The notes under the pieces were generated by a model, which made no database searches, was not told the DNA's origin, and saw only the letters and a program-made list of their open reading frames with translations. From positions 11,042-75,041 of the forward strand of contig CAURUU010000003.1 of assembly GCA_963528595.1 (NCBI GenBank): a stretch of DNA of 64,000 nucleotides, in the 5' to 3' direction. Made by a program: the position numbers and the translations under genes. The stretch is from an uncultured Candidatus Saccharibacteria bacterium (lineage in GTDB: Bacteria; Patescibacteriota; Saccharimonadia; Saccharimonadales; Saccharimonadaceae). Positions 36,345 to 45,662 of this stretch are shown here, in pieces (the stretch's first letter is position 1; the number at the start of each line of letters is the position of its first letter).

Positions 36345-37031
36345 ATGAGAGGGACAATATTACAGCGCAGGCGCATCATGGCCTTGTTTGTGGTGGTGCT
36401 GTCGGTTTTGGCGGTGTGGTCGTCGCAACTGTCACAACCAAAGCTGGCGCCTGTCCCGGCTGATTTACAGCAACAATATTTCGGCAGCTCGAACGCGCTC
36501 GATGAACTGAACAAATTGGAAGTAAAGGGTCGTGCGCCCAAAACGGGCTATACGCGCAAACAGTTTGGAAACGGCTGGGGCAAAATTGATGGTTGCTCGG
36601 TGCGGGAAGTGATTTTAGCTAGGGACTTGAGTGATGAAAAAGTGGGCGAAGGCTGCAAGGTGCTTTCTGGTGTTTTGCAAGATCCATATACTGGTCAAAC
36701 CATTCATTTTCAGCGCGGTGAAAAAACCAGTTCTAAAGTACAGATCGACCATGTGGTGGCGCTGAGCGACGCCTGGCAAAAGGGCGCGCAGAATTTGTCA
36801 GCGGTTGACAGGGAAAAATTAGCGAATGATCCACTGAACCTACTGGCGTCAGAAGGGCAGGTAAATCAGAACAAGGGTGATAGCGATGCATCGGCTTGGT
36901 TGCCGCCTAACAAGGATTTTCGCTGTCAATATGTCGCGCGGCAAATTGCGGTGAAGAAAAAATACCGCCTGTGGGTTACTGACGCTGAAAAACAAGCTTC
37001 CGCTCATGTTCTGAAAAAATGCAAGGGTTGA
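36345..37031 (+). CDS. secreted or membrane-anchored DUF1524/HNH-like nuclease
   Basis: Signal/TM segment IMALFVVVLSVLAVW, then QIDHVVALSDAW...NQNKGDSDASAWLPPN. TATACT at 36333-36338 lies 6 nt before ATG 36345. Confidence 0.75.
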   Translation: MRGTILQRRRIMALFVVVLSVLAVWSSQLSQPKLAPVPADLQQQYFGSSNALDELNKLEVKGRAPKTGYTRKQFGNGWGKIDGCSVREVILARDLSDEKVGEGCKVLSGVLQDPYTGQTIHFQRGEKTSSKVQIDHVVALSDAWQKGAQNLSAVDREKLANDPLNLLASEGQVNQNKGDSDASAWLPPNKDFRCQYVARQIAVKKKYRLWVTDAEKQASAHVLKKCKG

Positions 37032-37032
37032 T

Positions 37033-37782
37033 CTAAGACTTAGCTGGCGGCTCGTATTTAGCTACGACCATTTCAGCAAAGATTTCTCTTCTGTCGGTAG
37101 TATTTAGTTCTGGCCTGTGTTTTGGCCGGTAGGTGCCACTAACATACGCAAGTTCTGTCATGGCGTCTCGCATGGATGAGAGTTGTCTGTCAACTTGTTT
37201 GCAGGCGGCTTGCCTGATGAGATTTACCGACTCGTCATCTGGTGATAGCCCATGAATTTTACGAGCTTCAACAGCCAGAGCGATATCTTCTTGTGTTTCC
37301 ACTAGAGAGCCGTCGATTGTTCTTCGCAAAATAGGGTCCTTTAATTCAGGAATATTTTTAAATATCATACGGAGTACTTTTGAGCCTATTTTGCGGTTCA
37401 AATACGATTCAGCTGACGCGGCTTCTTCGGGCGAATCAATGTCAAATACCTTATCGAGGTGGGGCATCAATAATAATGTTGTGATATCCTCAGGGTTAAC
37501 GTAGTAATTCATTATGCCACAACGTGCTTCATCATTGGCTGTCTTGATTGGAGAATCTGGAATCCGGTTATCTTTTAGATAGAACGTTGTTTCTTTATAA
37601 ACCTGAATGGCTGGTCCAAACACCCAGTCGCGCGTTTCAGGATATATGGGTATTTTGTCAACAACAGCTGGTTTGCCAGTCAACCAATGGGTTTTTGTCT
37701 GATCCAGAATAGGCCAGTTTGGCGCAATGTCCACTTGAAAACGTGGCTGGCCATCTTTATCGGTCGAGCGGATGGTAAACAT
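37033..37782 (-). CDS. hypothetical protein (249 aa), no recognisable motif
   Basis: Long ORF with slightly lower G+C than its neighbours. CATAAT lies 6 nt before the ATG. Confidence 0.6.
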   Translation of the reverse strand: MFTIRSTDKDGQPRFQVDIAPNWPILDQTKTHWLTGKPAVVDKIPIYPETRDWVFGPAIQVYKETTFYLKDNRIPDSPIKTANDEARCGIMNYYVNPEDITTLLLMPHLDKVFDIDSPEEAASAESYLNRKIGSKVLRMIFKNIPELKDPILRRTIDGSLVETQEDIALAVEARKIHGLSPDDESVNLIRQAACKQVDRQLSSMRDAMTELAYVSGTYRPKHRPELNTTDRREIFAEMVVAKYEPPAKS

Positions 37783-37871
37783 ATCAGTATTATGTCATAG
37801 AAAAGCAAAATAAGCAACGACACGGACACAATTACATTGACAATAAAGAAATAAAATGCTATTATAATAAG

Positions 37872-38657
37872 GTGAAAAGTGAGCAGATTCGCCAGTATTC
37901 GGTCAAGTCACCGATGGATCGAGAGCATCATCAGGTAACAGAGCGGGTGTTTTGCCCAGAGGAGCTTGATAATGCAGATTTTCAGCAAGCCTTGGCGCTG
38001 GCGGCTATTGCGTCGGTTAGTCGAAACCCAGGTTGGGTGAGCGATGAGGCAGCGGTATCGCAAAATAAGTTCCTCTCAGCGAATATACCACACTCCTATG
38101 TTTTAGATCCGAAAAAAGAATCACCTCTAGAAAAGAAATCGCCATATATGGTTAAGCGGTATCGAACTAAGAGAGAGGCTGGGATACAGGCTGCTACCCT
38201 AAATACGTTAAATATGACATTCGCGGAACATGAATCAGACATTACTACTTCGCGGGTATTAGCGTTGGTCGGTGATGGTTGCTCACCGCCTGCTGGTGTT
38301 ATCGAGAGAGCTCCAGGTAGATCATTGCGAGAACAATATGGTATGGACAAGGACAACCGTAATTATTATGCCATCATGGAGGAGCTGAATCGTATCCAGC
38401 GGAAGATTGATAGGGTGATTGGACGTTTTGCATCAAGAGTGTTGATCAATGATATGCGACGTGAATATAATGAGGGTGCAAATATCTTTTCGGGCGTCAA
38501 GGTGACGGAAAATAGAGAATATACCGAAGTATTCACTCTATTTGATCAGCCATTTACTGAGTTTACAACTGGACCTTGTATGGTGGCTTTGTGTGAGGTA
38601 GCGCGGAAAAGGCGTGGGCTACGCGGCATGCTTGACATGACTGCTGAGTTGCTATAG
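37872..38657 (+). CDS. hypothetical protein (261 aa), weak atypical-kinase-like motifs
   Basis: GTG start (ATG 37914 is an alternative). Motifs seen: YMVKRY, LINDMRREYNEGANIF, TLFDQPF. A terminator follows. Confidence 0.55.
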   Translation: MKSEQIRQYSVKSPMDREHHQVTERVFCPEELDNADFQQALALAAIASVSRNPGWVSDEAAVSQNKFLSANIPHSYVLDPKKESPLEKKSPYMVKRYRTKREAGIQAATLNTLNMTFAEHESDITTSRVLALVGDGCSPPAGVIERAPGRSLREQYGMDKDNRNYYAIMEELNRIQRKIDRVIGRFASRVLINDMRREYNEGANIFSGVKVTENREYTEVFTLFDQPFTEFTTGPCMVALCEVARKRRGLRGMLDMTAELL

Positions 38658-38672
38658 AATATGCAATGTACG

Positions 38673-38698
38673 TCCGGCCGCCAAGGTCGGAATTTTTC
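38673..38698 (+). terminator. intrinsic terminator
   Basis: TCCGGCC-GCCAA-GGTCGGA followed by ATTTTT. Confidence 0.7.
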
Positions 38699-38771
38699 AT
38701 ATGGGGATACGCGTATCGCAGCGCAGCCTCGTATCGTGATATAATAATCATAAGTGATAAAGGAGAGTAAT

Positions 38772-39896
38772 ATGGAAGATTTGAACATTAAGCAGTTGAC
38801 GTTGGCGTTGCGGACGATTGCCGAGGAAAAGAACCTACCAGAAGAGACAGTTCTAGAGGTGATCGAGCAGGCTATCGCGGCGGCGTGGCGGCGTGATAAC
38901 GGCACGCGCGAGCAATTGGTGCGCGCCAGCCTGAACATCAACAGCGGCACGGCTGTGGTGTCGGTTGTCAAAACCGTGGTTGAAGAAGTTGAGAATGACG
39001 TCAATCAAATGAGCCTCGACGAAGCCAAGGCAGTTGATCCAGCAGCTGAGCTGGGTAGTGAAGTGACGGTCGAGACCCACAACGTGACGACGTTTGGCCG
39101 CGTGGCAGCCCAAACCGCCAAGCAAGTGATTTTGCAGCGGCTGCGCGAGGCGGAGCGCGAAGTGGTGCTGGCAGAATTTGAAGATAAGATTGGTACGGTA
39201 GTGACCGGTACGATTCAGCGAGTTGAGCCGCGCGTGGTGCGAATTGAGCTGGGCAAGGCAGTCGGCATCATGCCGCAGTCCGAGCAGATTCCTGGCGAGT
39301 ACTACGGTGTTGGCCGCCGCGTCAAGGTGTACATCAAGGACATCGAGCGCGAAGGTCGCGGTCCGCAGCTGATTCTGAGCCGCGGCAACGAAGAATTTGT
39401 GCGGTTCTTATTCAGTCAGGAAGTGCCAGAGATGGAAACGGGCGCTGTGGAAATCAAAGCCATTGCTCGCGAGGCCGGTCGCCGCACCAAATTGGCGGTT
39501 GCATCAGCACTGCCAGGTGTTGACCCAGTCGGTACCTTCGTCGGTGGTCATGGAACGCGTGTTCAGGCGGTGATGAACGAAATCGGCGAGCAGGAAAAAA
39601 TTGATATCATTCCGTTTGAGGAAGACGCGGCTGGCTTTATCGCCAATGCCATGAGCCCAGCAGAAGTACTGAGCGTGACGGTTAATGAAGACGACAAGCG
39701 AGCAACGGTCTACGTCAGCGAAGATCAGCAGTCAGTGGCTATCGGCCGAGCTGGGCAGAATGTTCGCTTGGCGTCACGACTGACTGGTTATGAGCTGGAT
39801 ATTGAGGCAAAGGCGGCTGCTAAACCAGCTGAAAACAAGCCTCGCAAGAATGTAGAAGATAGTCTGTTTAATGCCATTGAGGAAGCAGCAGAATAA
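38772..39896 (+). CDS. nusA: transcription termination/antitermination factor NusA
   Basis: AAAGGAGAG SD before ATG 38772, and extended -10 TGATATAAT (38737-38745). The S1 and KH regions are recognisable. Confidence 0.95.
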   Translation: MEDLNIKQLTLALRTIAEEKNLPEETVLEVIEQAIAAAWRRDNGTREQLVRASLNINSGTAVVSVVKTVVEEVENDVNQMSLDEAKAVDPAAELGSEVTVETHNVTTFGRVAAQTAKQVILQRLREAEREVVLAEFEDKIGTVVTGTIQRVEPRVVRIELGKAVGIMPQSEQIPGEYYGVGRRVKVYIKDIEREGRGPQLILSRGNEEFVRFLFSQEVPEMETGAVEIKAIAREAGRRTKLAVASALPGVDPVGTFVGGHGTRVQAVMNEIGEQEKIDIIPFEEDAAGFIANAMSPAEVLSVTVNEDDKRATVYVSEDQQSVAIGRAGQNVRLASRLTGYELDIEAKAAAKPAENKPRKNVEDSLFNAIEEAAE

Positions 39897-39949
39897 GATT
39901 GGCGAAAGTACTTGAGCTATTCGCCGATAAGCGATGAAAGGAGGCGATA

Positions 39950-42400
39950 ATGGAACAGCCGAGAGATTTCTCTGAGCTGGAATCGCGCCTGACAGATACG
40001 GCGCGGGCTAGCTTTGAGCGAGCTGGTGTGATTGCCCAAAATCAAGGAAGCCCGTACGTGGGGACTGAGCATATTCTCCTGGGGATATTGGCTCAGAATT
40101 CTTCGCTAGGTGCCAAGATCTTGGCGGAAAGTGGAGTGACGCTTGATCGCGTTGAGACGGCGCTGGAATTGACGCCAAGTGCGGTGGTGTTTGCGGTCGT
40201 TGACCATGGAGTACGGGCTGATGTTTTGGCGACAGTGCGCATGGCGTGGGAGCTGGCGCTGGAATTTGGACAATCGCGAATTGGTACGGAGCATTTAGTG
40301 TATAGCATTTTGACGCAGCGCGAAGCACGGGCTACTAGGATTTTGCGTGACATGAATGTTGATTTGGAGGCTCTTCGTGGAGATTTGGAAGGCGTGTTTG
40401 ACAGGCAGCAGTCAGAGGCTGAGCAACAAGTCGAGTCGGCGCCGACTGCTGAACGCAAGTCCATCAAACTGCTAGAGAAGTTTGGCAATGATTTAACAGA
40501 GCGAGCTCGGCAGGGATTGGTGGATCCAATGATTGGGCGGGACAAAGAATTGTCGCGTGTCATCACGGTGTTGGGTCGGCGCAGCAAAAATAACCCAGCT
40601 TTGATTGGTGAGCCGGGCGTGGGAAAAACTGCAATTGTTGAAGGTTTGGCACAGCGAATCGTTGATGGTGAAGTACCGGCATTTTTGGAAGGCAAAAGGA
40701 TCATTCAGTTGGATCTGGCTTCCATGGTGGCGGGGACGAAATTTCGCGGACAGTTTGAAGAACGTTTGCAAAAAGTATTAGCCGTTGCCAAGGAGCATCA
40801 AGAAGTTATTTTGTTTATCGATGAGCTACATTTGCTGGTTGGCGCTGGTTCTGCCGAGGGCTCAATGGACGCTGCTAATGCCCTGAAGCCAGCCTTGGCG
40901 CGCGGCGAGGTGCGGGTGATCGGGGCGACGACGTTTGATGAATATCGTAAATACATTGAAAAAGATGCTGCTTTGGGTCGACGATTCCAGTCGGTGGTGG
41001 TGGTAGAACCTGAGGCGGAAGAAGCGGTGCGGATGGTGATGGGGTTGAGTAGTCGCTTGGCGCTGCATCATCAGTTAAGTATCGACGAGACAGCTGTCAA
41101 ATTGGCGGTGGATCTGAGCCAGCGGTACGTTATGGATCGATTTTTGCCCGACAAAGCGATTGATGTGCTGGACGAAGCAGCGGCGTTGATGCGGTCAAAG
41201 CAGCCACTCAAACCAGGCCGCCGTCAAAAATTAGCTCAGCAGATCAAGCGGCTGGCAGGTAAAATTGATGCGGCCGTGGAAGCGGAAGACTACGAACGAG
41301 CGGCGCGTTTCAAGACGCAAATGAAGCAATTGGAAAAACGTGCTAGTGATCTGGGCGCTGCTGATGATGCGCTGCCGCGGTTGGATGAGGCGTATTTGAG
41401 GTCGGCAGTGAGTGCTATGACTGGTGTGCCAGTGAAGAAATTGGCGCACACCGAAGCAAAAAGTCTGATAAAACTGGAGAACCGATTAGGCAAATTTGTG
41501 CTAGGGCAAACTGAAGCAATTGCTGAATTGGCGAGGTCCATTCGACGAAACAGCACTGGACTGAATCGACACAGTGGGCCAATGGGATCTTTCGTATTTT
41601 TGGGACCGACAGGTGTTGGTAAAACTGAACTGGCTCGCGTGCTGGCGCGGGAAGTGTTTGGCGGTGAGCAGAGCCTCATCAAAATTGATATGAGTGAATT
41701 CTCCGAAAAACACACCACCAGTCGGTTGGTCGGCGCTCCAGCGGGCTATGTGGGATACGAAGAAGGTGGTAAATTGACCGACAAAGTTCGTCGACAGCCG
41801 TACAGTGTGGTGTTGTTTGATGAGATCGAAAAAGCACATCCAGACGTAATGAATCTGCTACTACAACTACTGGAAGATGGTCAATTGACTGACGCGCAAG
41901 GACGAGTGGTTAGTTTTCGCCACACCATCATCATCTTGACCAGCAATGTTGGTTCGGCGGGTATGATGAATACTGAAGCGCTGGGCTTTGGCGGCGCAAA
42001 GAAACGCAGCGCCAAGGATGTACAGCGACACAATGATCGAACGGCGCGGCAGGCTTTGGAGGAATTCTTGAAGCCAGAATTGATTGAGCGATTTGATGCC
42101 ATCATCGTCTTCCAAGCGTTGAGCCGAGCAGTTGCTGGCAAAATATTTGATGCTATCACTAGTGAGCTCATCGCGGCGATTGAGAATCATGACATGAAAC
42201 TGGTAATTAAACCAAGTGTCAAACGCCATATCATTGACCATGGCTTTGACACCGAACGCGGAGCAAGACGCCTTCGGCGGACTGTCCAGACTCTGTTGGG
42301 AGATCCATTGAGTGAAGCAGTGCTGTCGAAAGCGCACGCAGGATCAACATTAGTTGCGTCAATGAAAAAAGGTGAGGTGATGATTGATGTCGAAAATTAG
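39950..42400 (+). CDS. clpC: ClpC-type AAA+ chaperone ATPase
   Basis: Clp_N repeats, Walker A motifs GEPGVGKT and GPTGVGKTE, and the UVR-like middle motif [10 protein letters not shown]. Confidence 0.95.
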   Translation: MEQPRDFSELESRLTDTARASFERAGVIAQNQGSPYVGTEHILLGILAQNSSLGAKILAESGVTLDRVETALELTPSAVVFAVVDHGVRADVLATVRMAWELALEFGQSRIGTEHLVYSILTQREARATRILRDMNVDLEALRGDLEGVFDRQQSEAEQQVESAPTAERKSIKLLEKFGNDLTERARQGLVDPMIGRDKELSRVITVLGRRSKNNPALIGEPGVGKTAIVEGLAQRIVDGEVPAFLEGKRIIQLDLASMVAGTKFRGQFEERLQKVLAVAKEHQEVILFIDELHLLVGAGSAEGSMDAANALKPALARGEVRVIGATTFDEYRKYIEKDAALGRRFQSVVVVEPEAEEAVRMVMGLSSRLALHHQLSIDETAVKLAVDLSQRYVMDRFLPDKAIDVLDEAAALMRSKQPLKPGRRQKLAQQIKRLAGKIDAAVEAEDYERAARFKTQMKQLEKRASDLGAADDALPRLDEAYLRSAVSAMTGVPVKKLAHTEAKSLIKLENRLGKFVLGQTEAIAELARSIRRNSTGLNRHSGPMGSFVFLGPTGVGKTELARVLAREVFGGEQSLIKIDMSEFSEKHTTSRLVGAPAGYVGYEEGGKLTDKVRRQPYSVVLFDEIEKAHPDVMNLLLQLLEDGQLTDAQGRVVSFRHTIIILTSNVGSAGMMNTEALGFGGAKKRSAKDVQRHNDRTARQALEEFLKPELIERFDAIIVFQALSRAVAGKIFDAITSELIAAIENHDMKLVIKPSVKRHIIDHGFDTERGARRLRRTVQTLLGDPLSEAVLSKAHAGSTLVASMKKGEVMIDVEN

Positions 42401-43364
42401 CAAACTATGCAGCTTTTTACTGTCAGTGGCCATATTGGCTTTCAGCGGTTGGGTGGTGCTCAATCGGCAATTCGTGCTCGACCATGTGCGGGCGTGGCAA
42501 TTTCAGCCGAGCGCTGAGATCATGCAGCTGGCGACAAATGCTGGCATGTCAGAACATGGTAGATTTCAGTTTTACGTGACACAGCCACGGCTGGAGTCGT
42601 CCAATGAGTTCAATGCTGAGTGTCGTCGGTCGGAAAAAGCCAGTCCAATTTTGGGTTGTTACAAGCCCGGGGAAGACACTATTCATATCTACAATGTGCC
42701 AAATCCTGAGCTTGACGGCATCAAAGAAGTGACGGCTGCGCACGAAATGTTACACGCAGCGTGGTCGCGATTGTCCGATGCGGAAAAGCAGCGACTTGGC
42801 CAACTACTGGAACAGGCGTATTCGAGAGTGAAGGACAGTAAGCTGGAAGAACGCATGGCATATTACGACCGAGCGCAGCCCGGATCTCGGTCTAACGAGC
42901 TTCATTCTATTTTGGGCACCGAGCATGCTGACTTGGGCTCAGAGTTGGAGTCGCACTATGCTCGATTTTTCAGTGACCGCTCACAAGTAGTTGCCTTGCA
43001 TGCAAAATATAATCAGCGATTTGTCGATTTGGAACAGCAGGTGACTACGTTGCAGGCGAAGTTGAAGCAGCAACGAGCGGTGATTGAGCAGCGAAAGGAA
43101 AGCTACGATACGTCGATGACGGTGCTGAATGACAAAATTCGCGATTTCAATCAACGAGCTACTAGCGGTGGTTTTGGTTCACAGCAGCAGTTCCAGGCTG
43201 AGCGTTCGCAATTGCAAGCCGAAGGTCAACGGTTGAATAGTCAGAAGGCTGCGTTACTTCAGCAGATCGATCAGTACAATGCTGACGTTGAAAAATTGAA
43301 TACGCTAGGTGAGCAGGCTGATCGGCTCAGTCAAAGCCTCGACAGTCAAAAGGCGGTAGAGTGA
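42387..43364 (+). CDS. membrane-anchored HEXXH protein with C-terminal coiled coil (putative zinc metallopeptidase)
   Basis: An N-terminal TM helix, [12 protein letters not shown] (HEXXH) with NELHS about 50 aa downstream, and a Q/E/L-rich coiled coil. The SD is GGTGAGGTGA. Confidence 0.65.
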   Translation: MSKISKLCSFLLSVAILAFSGWVVLNRQFVLDHVRAWQFQPSAEIMQLATNAGMSEHGRFQFYVTQPRLESSNEFNAECRRSEKASPILGCYKPGEDTIHIYNVPNPELDGIKEVTAAHEMLHAAWSRLSDAEKQRLGQLLEQAYSRVKDSKLEERMAYYDRAQPGSRSNELHSILGTEHADLGSELESHYARFFSDRSQVVALHAKYNQRFVDLEQQVTTLQAKLKQQRAVIEQRKESYDTSMTVLNDKIRDFNQRATSGGFGSQQQFQAERSQLQAEGQRLNSQKAALLQQIDQYNADVEKLNTLGEQADRLSQSLDSQKAVE

Positions 43365-44713
43365 TGGCGCGGGCAAAATCACAATTCATCTGCCAGCAGT
43401 GCGGTGCCAGCTATCCGAAGTGGGTCGGCAAGTGCGAAAATTGTGGCGAGTGGAATTCGCTGGTTGAACAACTACCGGTTGACACCGGCGCATCGGCGGT
43501 AGCCCGCAGCAGCGGCAAAGGTAGAGCGCTGACTGCGCTTAGGCTCAGCGAAGCGACCGCCGAGGCCAAACAAGTACGGCTAGCAACCGGCATTGCTGAC
43601 CTTGACGCGGTACTCGGCGGCGGCTTTTTGCCAGGCGGCGTGGTGCTGGTGGCAGGGCAGCCGGGAATTGGGAAAAGTACCCTGCTAGCGCAAGTCGCGG
43701 CATTCATCGCTCGGCAGCAACCAGTGCTCTACGTCAGCGGCGAGGAGTCAGTGTCGCAGGTCAAATTGCGGGCTGAGCGGTTGGGGGCGGTTGACTCAGA
43801 GAGTCTGCAGCTGGCGTCCAGCAACAGCGCCGAGGACATCGCCGCCTCCATCCAGACTGGCCAGTACAATCTGGTGATCGTCGATTCCATCCAGACATTG
43901 TCGCTCGCAGAAATTGCCTCAGCGCCAGGCTCGGTCAGCCAAATCACCAACTCATCCAACGTCATCATTCGCGCCGCCAAGGCCTCGAACACCGCAGTGA
44001 TTTTGGTCGGTCACGTCACCAAGGAAGGCTCAATTGCCGGGCCGAAAGTCCTGGAACACTTGGTCGACGTGGTGCTGAATTTTGAGGGCGATCGCTACGG
44101 TGGTTTTCGCGTGGTGCGGGCGCAGAAAAATCGCTATGGCTCGACGAATGAGGCGGCAATTTTCGAGATGCACGAGGACGGTCTACAGATTGTGGCTAAT
44201 CCATCGGCTAGCTTGCTAGCGGAGCGGCAAAACCTCGATGGCTCAATTGTCCTGGCGACCATGGAGGGTGCGCGGCCGCTACTGGTGGAGATCCAGGCGC
44301 TGGTCAATCCGACGAACTTTGGCTATCCCAAACGCGCGGCTAGCGGCTTTGACCTCAACCGCTTGAACTTGTTGGTGGCGGTGCTAGAAAAGCGCACCAA
44401 GCTTAATCTCTCCGACAAAGATATTTACATCAATGTGGTCGGTGGCTTGAAACTCAGCGACCCAGCGGCGGACTTGGCAGTCGCTATGGCCATCGCCTCG
44501 GCCTCGGCTGGCCGCAAACTCAGCGACGAAGCGGTGGTGTTTGGCGAAGTCGGCTTGGGCGGCGAAGTGCGCTCGGCTCAAGGCTGGCATGCCCGCGTTA
44601 AAGAAGCCAAGAAGCTTGGCTTTACCTATGCCATCGCGCCAAAAACCCACAAGGATGCATTTGTGCGCGGTGTCGGCGATTTACGCCAGGCACTGATCGA
44701 CTATTTACAATAA
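43364..44713 (+). CDS. radA: DNA repair protein RadA/Sms
   Basis: Zinc finger CQQCG...CENCGEW, Walker A GQPGIGKST, KNRYG, and a Lon-like C-terminus. TGATG overlap with the upstream gene. Confidence 0.95.
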   Translation: MARAKSQFICQQCGASYPKWVGKCENCGEWNSLVEQLPVDTGASAVARSSGKGRALTALRLSEATAEAKQVRLATGIADLDAVLGGGFLPGGVVLVAGQPGIGKSTLLAQVAAFIARQQPVLYVSGEESVSQVKLRAERLGAVDSESLQLASSNSAEDIAASIQTGQYNLVIVDSIQTLSLAEIASAPGSVSQITNSSNVIIRAAKASNTAVILVGHVTKEGSIAGPKVLEHLVDVVLNFEGDRYGGFRVVRAQKNRYGSTNEAAIFEMHEDGLQIVANPSASLLAERQNLDGSIVLATMEGARPLLVEIQALVNPTNFGYPKRAASGFDLNRLNLLVAVLEKRTKLNLSDKDIYINVVGGLKLSDPAADLAVAMAIASASAGRKLSDEAVVFGEVGLGGEVRSAQGWHARVKEAKKLGFTYAIAPKTHKDAFVRGVGDLRQALIDYLQ

Positions 44714-44738
44714 CATTATTCTATAAAAGGAAATTATT

Positions 44739-45662
44739 ATGGAAAAAACAATTGAACTTATCATCATTATCATGCTGCTGGCTATCATGGCGGAAATATA
44801 TCTACTGGTCAAGCCGCGGCGGCAGGCAGGCAGCGGTACGCAGCTGCCGATTCTGGTTGACACCTCGGTACTGATGGACGGCCGAGTGGTCGATCTAGCA
44901 AAGACTGGGTTCTTACTGGGGCAGATCATCGTGCCGCGGAGTGTGTTGATAGAATTGCAGCTGTTGGCTGATGGTGCTGATCACGCCAAGCGCGAGCGTG
45001 CCCGCTTTGGTATGGACGCCATGAAGGAACTAAAAGATGTGTTGGGTAGTTCGTTCACGCTGCTTGACGATGCAACGCGCATCCCTGAGGGTGTTGATAA
45101 CCGTTTGCTGCAACTCGCCAAGGAAATGAACGCTGCTATCCTAACGCTGGACTACAACCTGAACAAGGTGGCGCAAGTCGAAGGAATTCAGATCCTCAAT
45201 ATCAATGAGCTAGCCAAGAGTTTGCGGATGAGCTATCTACCTGGCGATGAATTGACGTTGGAATTGACACAAAAAGGTCAGGATTCTCATCAAGCAGTCG
45301 GCTATTTGCATGACGGCACCATGGTGGTGGTTGAGCAGGCCAAAAAGTTCCTGGGCCAGAAAAAACGCATTGAAATCATCCGTAGTCTGCAAACTGACGC
45401 TGGCAAGATGATGTTCGCCAAGGTTGTCGAGCAAACCACCCCGCCAGAACCAACACGACAAACAGCTGTCATCGCAAAACGTCGCTCTGTTGGTCGGAAA
45501 GTGCAGACTAGTCCAGAAGGATCAGCCAAGAAGACTACTAAAAAGCCAGCAGTAAAAACTCAGAAGCCTGTGCAGCAAGCTCGTCGTCGTTCTACGACTA
45601 CAAAAACATCAGCCCAGCGCGAGGCTGAGCTGATTAGGTTGGCGAATAGTCAAGACGATTAA
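44739..45662 (+). CDS. PIN + TRAM domain protein (YacL-like) with basic C-terminal tail
   Basis: An N-terminal TM helix, PIN motif LVDTSVLMDGR, and the position after radA that yacL occupies in Bacillus. Confidence 0.8.
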   Translation: MEKTIELIIIIMLLAIMAEIYLLVKPRRQAGSGTQLPILVDTSVLMDGRVVDLAKTGFLLGQIIVPRSVLIELQLLADGADHAKRERARFGMDAMKELKDVLGSSFTLLDDATRIPEGVDNRLLQLAKEMNAAILTLDYNLNKVAQVEGIQILNINELAKSLRMSYLPGDELTLELTQKGQDSHQAVGYLHDGTMVVVEQAKKFLGQKKRIEIIRSLQTDAGKMMFAKVVEQTTPPEPTRQTAVIAKRRSVGRKVQTSPEGSAKKTTKKPAVKTQKPVQQARRRSTTTKTSAQREAELIRLANSQDD

